The translations under genes and the position numbers were made by a program. 64,000 bases of DNA, taken from positions 1 through 64,000 of IMG/VR virus record IMGVR_UViG_3300028844_006574; one strand, written 5' to 3'. The stretch comes from a virus. This document shows positions 57,668 to 64,000 of the stretch, piece by piece; within the stretch, counting starts at the first letter, position 1, and each line of letters starts with the position of its first letter. Below the pieces are notes generated by a model. It was not told where the DNA came from. It ran no database searches and saw only the letters and a program-made list of their open reading frames with translations.

Positions 57668-60010
57668 ATGGCTCAGCAAAGATACATATACCCACCTTCA
57701 ACAATAGAAGGTGTTGAAGCAATATATGCCAACCCGGAAATTGGTGATGGGTTCACAACAACATCTCAGCTGATTGCTAATTATGACATATTGCTCGACC
57801 GTACAGTGATAGACAAGCTAGATTTACCTAAGAAGTGGGATGTTTTACATTTGAACCCCAACGAACTAGCAACAAGTGCCAGTATATTCAACATAATTAA
57901 CGGTTTTAACGAAAATTTCGCTTATTTAAACTCAAGAGCTATACTAATATCCAACATATTACCAGGAAACTACATGGGATTTTACACCCATAATGGTGAT
58001 TCCCCTGGTGCCCCAGTGTTCAAATCATCAGACACACCTGTACCTTTGACCGGGTACAATCTTGGTGGTACCATACAAATATCCACTAATGCTCCTTCAA
58101 TTTCTGGAACAATGAAAGGAGAACATTTGAATAGTTTGATCACCGGTACTTGGGTGAGAGATAACACATCTGTGGCTACAGAATATGCCGACTCAGGCCG
58201 CGAAAATTTTCACCTAGGCTTCCTAGGAAGCCAGCAAGCAATAACTGTAGTGAAAATGTCAAACACCCCTATTAATCAGTCTGCTCCTAAGTTCACCCCG
58301 GATGGAGAAATCTCTGGTTCTCAAGGCTGGGTCGTATTAGACAACTACAAATCTGCAGAACCATTCCCATCAGCAAACAACACCTTAATATTTAACAATA
58401 TACAAAAAATTAAATCTAGTGATAGTAAGAAATTGTATGTTTTTGATAGAGGGTTACCGCGACTAGGTGTCTCTAATGTGTCTAGTAGTAGTCAACGATC
58501 TGTGATATATCGATACGATGTATCCGGTTACTTAGCCTCTGATTCTCAAAACAGTATTAAGAATAACAAGTTAGTGCTTGAAAACATGCTCGGGGATGTT
58601 AACAACGCGACAAACACATCGGATATAATCAACCCTGTCGCATTCACTACAACTCCAGATGATCAATTGATTGTGTATGATGAACACGACTACACATTTA
58701 AAATATACGATAAAAACAACAACTTTTTATTTAAAAGAGCAAAACGGAACATCGTCTTCCGCGGAGCAACTGGAACCACCAAGAAATACACGGGTGTTTC
58801 TGACATACATTATGATAAATTTACTGATCAGATATATGTATTAACCCCCGGAGGTTTTTTGACGATATTAGACAATGACTATAAAACCGTTGCTACTCTC
58901 ATGATAAGCAAGGACACATCAAATCAGGGAACATCATTGACTCAATCAGATATGGATTTGAGATACTACAAGGTTGGGCAACCTGGTGACACCACGAAAG
59001 AAACATTCATATCTATAGAGTTTAGTCTCAATGAACCAAACATATATTACATACTGACTAACCGTCGGGTGATCAAACGTTTCAAATCTAGAGATTTTGA
59101 CATTGGAGTGTTCAGCTTGTTAGACCATAACATTGGTGTTTCTGCATCCGATCTCGAAGAACATAATATTGCATGTCGTGCCGCATTGAAATTTATGAGT
59201 GTTTCACAAGAAGTGGAAGTTGTCACACGTCAATTTCAAAACGACGAAGGAGAGTTAGTATATATTATTGACAAGGACCGGTCCTATACGTATGATCAAA
59301 TATATTTATATACTGATTTTGTTGATGTAGCCAACGATGGTACTACAATAGCCACGGACGAAGACTTAGGGGAAAAATATATATTATCTTTCAAGGAAAA
59401 GGTAAACACTCGATCGAATCTAAGTGATCAAAACTACTCTATATATGAATTGAGTAACACAACATCATTATCATTTAAAGAGTATAATAGCGATTTTGTA
59501 TACAACAAATTGATGGTGAAGCTTGTCAGTAACCATTTACAATTCATAGAAAAAATAAACTATAGATTAGCCGCGGACTACACCCCGCGTGGTCAATTGT
59601 TTTTCGCTGGGAGAAACTACCTAGATCAACAAGATTACAACAGTCTGATAATCACAGACACAGCGCAACGAAACATGTATGTAGGTATAAATGAATACTT
59701 TTCTTCCGCAGTGCTGAACAGGTGTTTTCAACAACTTTACACCATACAAAAAGACATCATGAAAATGTTAGAGACTAAACACTTGACAACATGGCCTCTT
59801 CCCAGTCTAGATGTACCTATTGAACCATATTTTCATACATATGGGACTGAATATAATGACATAGACGGAAAACCGTACACAGGGTTTTATTATGTCCGGG
59901 AACAGCCAACCGGTGACATATATGTACAAGGCCGTAATGAAGCAGATGGTACAACATTATTAGATGGAAGCCCTACAACAGACAGGTACTTGAATACAAT
60001 TGTAACTTGA
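57668..60010 (+). CDS. Large late structural protein with beta-propeller-like repeats
   Basis: LYVFD, LIVYD..., IYVLT, IYYILT strands; TATAAATA 6 nt upstream. Confidence 0.65.
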   Translation: MAQQRYIYPPSTIEGVEAIYANPEIGDGFTTTSQLIANYDILLDRTVIDKLDLPKKWDVLHLNPNELATSASIFNIINGFNENFAYLNSRAILISNILPGNYMGFYTHNGDSPGAPVFKSSDTPVPLTGYNLGGTIQISTNAPSISGTMKGEHLNSLITGTWVRDNTSVATEYADSGRENFHLGFLGSQQAITVVKMSNTPINQSAPKFTPDGEISGSQGWVVLDNYKSAEPFPSANNTLIFNNIQKIKSSDSKKLYVFDRGLPRLGVSNVSSSSQRSVIYRYDVSGYLASDSQNSIKNNKLVLENMLGDVNNATNTSDIINPVAFTTTPDDQLIVYDEHDYTFKIYDKNNNFLFKRAKRNIVFRGATGTTKKYTGVSDIHYDKFTDQIYVLTPGGFLTILDNDYKTVATLMISKDTSNQGTSLTQSDMDLRYYKVGQPGDTTKETFISIEFSLNEPNIYYILTNRRVIKRFKSRDFDIGVFSLLDHNIGVSASDLEEHNIACRAALKFMSVSQEVEVVTRQFQNDEGELVYIIDKDRSYTYDQIYLYTDFVDVANDGTTIATDEDLGEKYILSFKEKVNTRSNLSDQNYSIYELSNTTSLSFKEYNSDFVYNKLMVKLVSNHLQFIEKINYRLAADYTPRGQLFFAGRNYLDQQDYNSLIITDTAQRNMYVGINEYFSSAVLNRCFQQLYTIQKDIMKMLETKHLTTWPLPSLDVPIEPYFHTYGTEYNDIDGKPYTGFYYVREQPTGDIYVQGRNEADGTTLLDGSPTTDRYLNTIVT

Positions 60011-60041
60011 TAACAACAACCTTTTAACATAAATATACACA

Positions 60042-61820
60042 ATGGCAACAGGTAACGACAGCACTTTCGGACGACAACTGATGTCGTATGTTCAATCCAA
60101 ACTACCATATACTTCAAATAATAATACTATTGAAAATGTGGATGAACTCAACCCTAAATACAAACACTTTTTCAAGACAGGTACCAGAAGAACTGAACTT
60201 ATCCAAAAACATGCTATTAGTACTGTCAAAGCTGGAGAGGATGTACCCATGGGTGGTTTCAACATCGACAAAAAATACCTGGATTACATGTATGCCAATA
60301 TTGATGTCGATAAGGGTAAAAGAATACGAGACTACAGGACCATGGGGGCTTATGCCGAAGTCGCTGACGCTCTAGACGAGATATGTGATGAATGTGTAGT
60401 AGAAGATGACAACGGTCAGATAATCAAAATCGAATATGATGATGCTAGGGATCTAAGCTCCAATGAAAAAGACTCTATCAATCACGAATTTGACAAGTTT
60501 ATAGAGCAGTTCGAATTGGAAGAAAAAGGCTGGGAGCATTTCAGAAACATATTAGTGGATGGTGAGATATTTTTTGAACATGTTATACATGAGGATTATA
60601 AAGATGCTGGTATATTAGGTATAATGAATGTTCCGACTGAGCTAATGGACCCGGTGTATGATAACATCCAAAATACAATAGTCAAAGGATTCATTCTTAA
60701 AAAGCCAGTGTTGAACCCTCAAACCGGTGGTTTAGACAAGTACGAGTTCATACCCTTGGATAAAAACCAAATGACTTATATCAACAGCGGTATCTGGAAC
60801 CAAGACAAATCATTAAGACTACCATTTGTAGAAAATTGTCGTAGAGCTTACAGGCAATTGTTGTTGATGGAAGACGCTATCATTATATATAGATTAGTAA
60901 GAGCCCCTGAACGGTTAGTATTCAATGTAGATGTTGGAAACATGCCCCCACCCAAGGCTGAAGCTTATTTACGTAAACTGATTCAAAACTATTGGTCTAG
61001 GAAAACACATGATGCGTCAAGCTCAGGTGATGGTAACACACAAACCTTCAACCCACAGTCGATGCTTGATAGTTTTTGGTTTGCTAAACGACAAGGTAGT
61101 GAAGGTACGCAGGTTAGTAACTTAGAAGGCGGTGCCAATCTAGGGGAACTAGATGACTTGCTATACTTCATGAAAAAATTGTACAAGTCACTCAAAGTGC
61201 CGGTGAATCGCTTGAACCCAGAATCCACTGTAGAAGACCCGAGTCAAGTGCTGCGAGAAGAACTCAAATTTGCTAGATTTGTCATCCGATTACAACAAAA
61301 TTTTGCCTCTGGGTTGAAAGACGGTTTCATAACCCATTTGAGAATGAGAGGTACCTGGAGCGATTTGGATTTGAAAGAGAAAGACTTCAGGTTCGTGTTC
61401 AACCCGCCTAGAAACTATCACGAACTACGTCAACAGCAGATATTTGAATTACAGTACAACAACTTCAGTCAAATGACTCAAAACGAAGGTGTTAGTAACA
61501 TATTTGCACAGAAAAAATACCTCAAATGGAGCGACAGTGAAGTGAAAGCCAATAGAGAATTTTTACGGAAAGATAAGGAAATTGCATGGGAGTTAGCTCA
61601 GATTGAAAGCGGAGGCCCTAACTGGAGAGAACAATTAGAAGCACAAGCAGCAGACCCTGCAGCTGGTGGTGACGCCCCGGGAGCAGCTCCAATGGACACC
61701 GGTGGAGGTTTAGGTGCACCCCCACCAGCATTCGGTGGCCCGGCGGAAACTGGTATGGAACCAGCAGCAGATGCACCAGTAGACATCGCTCCACCTGAGG
61801 ACACCCCGCCTGCGGCATAA
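60042..61820 (+). CDS. gp20: Portal protein (T4 gp20)
   Basis: YR.M...EV..A.DEI, VDG.IFF, MEDAIIIYRLVRAPERLVFNVDVGNMP..KAE.YL, LYKSL.VP..RL, REELKF. Confidence 0.97.
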   Translation: MATGNDSTFGRQLMSYVQSKLPYTSNNNTIENVDELNPKYKHFFKTGTRRTELIQKHAISTVKAGEDVPMGGFNIDKKYLDYMYANIDVDKGKRIRDYRTMGAYAEVADALDEICDECVVEDDNGQIIKIEYDDARDLSSNEKDSINHEFDKFIEQFELEEKGWEHFRNILVDGEIFFEHVIHEDYKDAGILGIMNVPTELMDPVYDNIQNTIVKGFILKKPVLNPQTGGLDKYEFIPLDKNQMTYINSGIWNQDKSLRLPFVENCRRAYRQLLLMEDAIIIYRLVRAPERLVFNVDVGNMPPPKAEAYLRKLIQNYWSRKTHDASSSGDGNTQTFNPQSMLDSFWFAKRQGSEGTQVSNLEGGANLGELDDLLYFMKKLYKSLKVPVNRLNPESTVEDPSQVLREELKFARFVIRLQQNFASGLKDGFITHLRMRGTWSDLDLKEKDFRFVFNPPRNYHELRQQQIFELQYNNFSQMTQNEGVSNIFAQKKYLKWSDSEVKANREFLRKDKEIAWELAQIESGGPNWREQLEAQAADPAAGGDAPGAAPMDTGGGLGAPPPAFGGPAETGMEPAADAPVDIAPPEDTPPAA

Positions 61821-61828
61821 ATAACTAT

Positions 61829-63814
61829 ATGGCAGGAACTCTAGACTCATCATCATTCAACACATCATCTACATCATCAAACTATCAAACCGGTGCCGGT
61901 AGCGCGGCTTTAACAGGTGAAGATGTAAAACCACTTAGTTCATTTTATAGCACCGCTCTAAGCCCCAGGTGTGATAGTTACGAGACATTAGCCACTCGTA
62001 TAGCATATGCTATGGGTTATCCCATGACCAATGTCGAAGTGCACCCTAACGCAATTTTTGACAATATTAGTATAGCTTGTGAATTCTTCGCAAAATATGC
62101 CGGGTATACAGAAGAGTATTTGGTGTTCAATAGTGATTTGTATGAACCTGGCAAAGGAGTCCGGATGGATAAACTGTTCACAATAACACCGGACATGAGA
62201 CAGTGTTATGATACAACCAAGCGTAAATTGGCTACGACTTGCCCTCCGGAAGACCCAGTTACAGAAACAGAAACAGTAACAGGTTATAAAGTCACGTGTA
62301 CTGCGGTGGTCACCTCGACTGATGGACCCGCGCTGTCTAGTACAGAGATAATATGTACAGAAAATCCGGTAAACACAACACCTACAAACACAGACCCTTA
62401 CGCTGGAAATTTGGCAAGTATAATAGCTGCATCTTTTACCAATACAAACACTGGGTCTACTACATCAGACAACCAAATACAGGATACATCCACTACACAA
62501 GAATATGATTATGTCGGTGACTGGTCCGCTATATTGACAGCAGATATGATGAGACAGTCGTTGAGACAACGTATAGCTGACCTGATCGCGCAACAAGAAC
62601 CGGTATGCGAAACATTGACCACGGTTGTAACAGGTATGGACAACAGAATCGTTACAGGTACAACAACACTCACATCTTCTCAACCAGTTTATACAGGTGG
62701 TAGTTTAGCACCAATATTAACAGAATCTACAAAATACAGCTTTACATCATCAACAACCGGTACAACAGGTGTATCTGCAACCAGTACATACACCGGTCCG
62801 TTCACGGCAGAAGACGGTAATGTATATTCATTAGACCCTTATGATGTATACCCACCAGGACCAACACAGTTTCAGACAATAACATCTACTACCATAACTT
62901 CAGATGTATTGCAAGTACCATATGAATCGATCGAGTCGACAACAACATGCACACCTGTAACATCGTTGACAGATGAACAATTACAAGCACTAACAGGAAC
63001 TACAACTACTCCCCCTCCCCCGGTTGTAGACCTACCCACGATTGATTCAGACACAACCACCACGACAAAAACAACCACTGGTACTGTTACACTCGAAGGA
63101 GAGGATGGTACTGAAGTGACATGTATAACGTCGGTTAAAATTGAACCAACAACAGAAACAGGTACTCAAACAGTATGTGTAACGAGTAACACAACAGAAC
63201 AGGTACCAACCACCGCAGCAGAAGAAGAGGTATCTGAATGTTTGTACAACAAAATGTACGATTATGATGTAAATGATTATAGAAAAGTGATCGACATCTG
63301 GAGCTTCAATCAAGGTACACACACAGGTGTCAATACCTTATTCACTTTAGAGCAATCATTAGCACAACAAACATATTTCAGTTACTCCATGGGAAATTAT
63401 GGTTTTGACTTGGTTAGTTGGTACGCTGTAAAAGAGTGGTTAGAACTACGCGAAAAATTGCTAGTTACTAAACCATCTATACATTGGGATTTCCGAACAC
63501 AGTACATGCGGTTGATACCTGAACCTCGTAACAAATATTACGGAGTGATAGCGTGTTATGTAGAGTTACCTGTCAAAGACCTGGTCAAAGAGTTATGGGT
63601 GTACAAATACGCATTAGCTTTGACGAAATTACAAGTGGGTCGTACCAGAAGCAAATTTTCTAACGTACCACTCATTGGTGGTGGTACCGTCAATAGTAAT
63701 GGTGACGCTTTGCTGAGCGAAGGTAAAGAAGAAAAGGACGAACTAGAAAAACAAATGTACGAAGGAGCCCCCGGTCTTGGAGACGCTGCACCCCCAATGT
63801 TCTTTGTTGGATAA
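61829..63814 (+). CDS. gp13: Neck protein (T4 gp13-like) with large Thr-rich insertion
   Basis: N-term LATRI...G.P..NVEV; C-term WVYKYALAL.K.Q.G...SKF..VPL.GG..VN.......EG.EE. Confidence 0.88.
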   Translation: MAGTLDSSSFNTSSTSSNYQTGAGSAALTGEDVKPLSSFYSTALSPRCDSYETLATRIAYAMGYPMTNVEVHPNAIFDNISIACEFFAKYAGYTEEYLVFNSDLYEPGKGVRMDKLFTITPDMRQCYDTTKRKLATTCPPEDPVTETETVTGYKVTCTAVVTSTDGPALSSTEIICTENPVNTTPTNTDPYAGNLASIIAASFTNTNTGSTTSDNQIQDTSTTQEYDYVGDWSAILTADMMRQSLRQRIADLIAQQEPVCETLTTVVTGMDNRIVTGTTTLTSSQPVYTGGSLAPILTESTKYSFTSSTTGTTGVSATSTYTGPFTAEDGNVYSLDPYDVYPPGPTQFQTITSTTITSDVLQVPYESIESTTTCTPVTSLTDEQLQALTGTTTTPPPPVVDLPTIDSDTTTTTKTTTGTVTLEGEDGTEVTCITSVKIEPTTETGTQTVCVTSNTTEQVPTTAAEEEVSECLYNKMYDYDVNDYRKVIDIWSFNQGTHTGVNTLFTLEQSLAQQTYFSYSMGNYGFDLVSWYAVKEWLELREKLLVTKPSIHWDFRTQYMRLIPEPRNKYYGVIACYVELPVKDLVKELWVYKYALALTKLQVGRTRSKFSNVPLIGGGTVNSNGDALLSEGKEEKDELEKQMYEGAPGLGDAAPPMFFVG

Positions 63815-64000
63815 TGTTTCATAGAGACGAGAGGTTCAAACAAGGTATATACAAGCCTTTGAACAACAAGTATAAAGGTAAACGTTACCCTAAATACCGT
63901 AGCAGTTGGGAGTTGAAGTTCTTTCGGTGGTGTGATTCGAACCCTCATGTTGTCGAATGGAACAGTGAGAATGTTGTGATACCATATGCTATAGGTAAAA
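63814..64000 (+). CDS. gp4: Head completion nuclease (T4 gp4-like, TnsA-type fold), 3' truncated
   Basis: QGIYKP...KYKG....YRSSWELKFFRWCD.NP.V.EW.SE...IPY. Confidence 0.9.
   Translation, partial: MFHRDERFKQGIYKPLNNKYKGKRYPKYRSSWELKFFRWCDSNPHVVEWNSENVVIPYAIGK

Noticed and set aside
62230-63240. Intein or intron in gp13
   Set aside because: No His-Asn/Cys-Ser-Thr splice junction or homing endonuclease motif; frame is open and composition is low-complexity
1-64000. Giant eukaryotic virus origin suggested by eukaryote-like glycosylation enzymes
   Set aside because: Sheath, tube, baseplate, portal and terminase are clearly T4-like, and promoters are bacterial/T4 type
1-64000. Stop-codon reassignment
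   Set aside because: Standard code yields intact full-length core genes at very high coding density
1-64000. tRNA, rRNA or large ncRNA genes
   Set aside because: Intergenic gaps are short and no cloverleaf/T-loop signature was seen by eye; a tRNAscan/Infernal run would be needed to exclude fully
63814-64000. Tn7 TnsA transposase
   Set aside because: YRSSWE...W.SE...IPY next to gp13 is the T4 gp4 head-completion signature; no transposon context

Overview
A 64-kb, gene-dense, AT-rich segment of a large T4-like (Tevenvirinae-style core genes, strongly rearranged) contractile-tailed phage. It holds replication genes (uvsX partial, gp41, DHH phosphoesterase, gp32, gp45, RNase H, gp61, gp44, dUTPase), packaging/head-neck genes (gp17, gp16, gp20, gp13, gp14, gp4 partial), tail/baseplate genes (gp3, gp18, gp19, gp54-, gp26/51-, gp48-, gp53-, gp27-like, gp25, gp6, probable 1744-aa tape measure) and large Ig/PKD/lectin-like structural proteins. 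Main findings: (1) a candidate phage-encoded mucin-type virion glycosylation system, made of a ppGalNAc-T-like enzyme, a GT7-like enzyme, a CstII/GT29-like sialyltransferase-fold enzyme and sugar-nucleotide enzymes, set among structural genes carrying poly-Thr tracts (T28-QS-T13, and a ~340-aa Thr-rich insertion in neck protein gp13); (2) strong CCGG over-representation; (3) a queC-GATase-glycosyltransferase cassette ahead of the helicase; (4) promoter-to-start spacing that implies mostly leaderless mRNAs, except for sheath and tube; (5) recently duplicated membrane-segment proteins with prohead-protease-type motifs. All calls come from motif recognition by eye; no searches were run.
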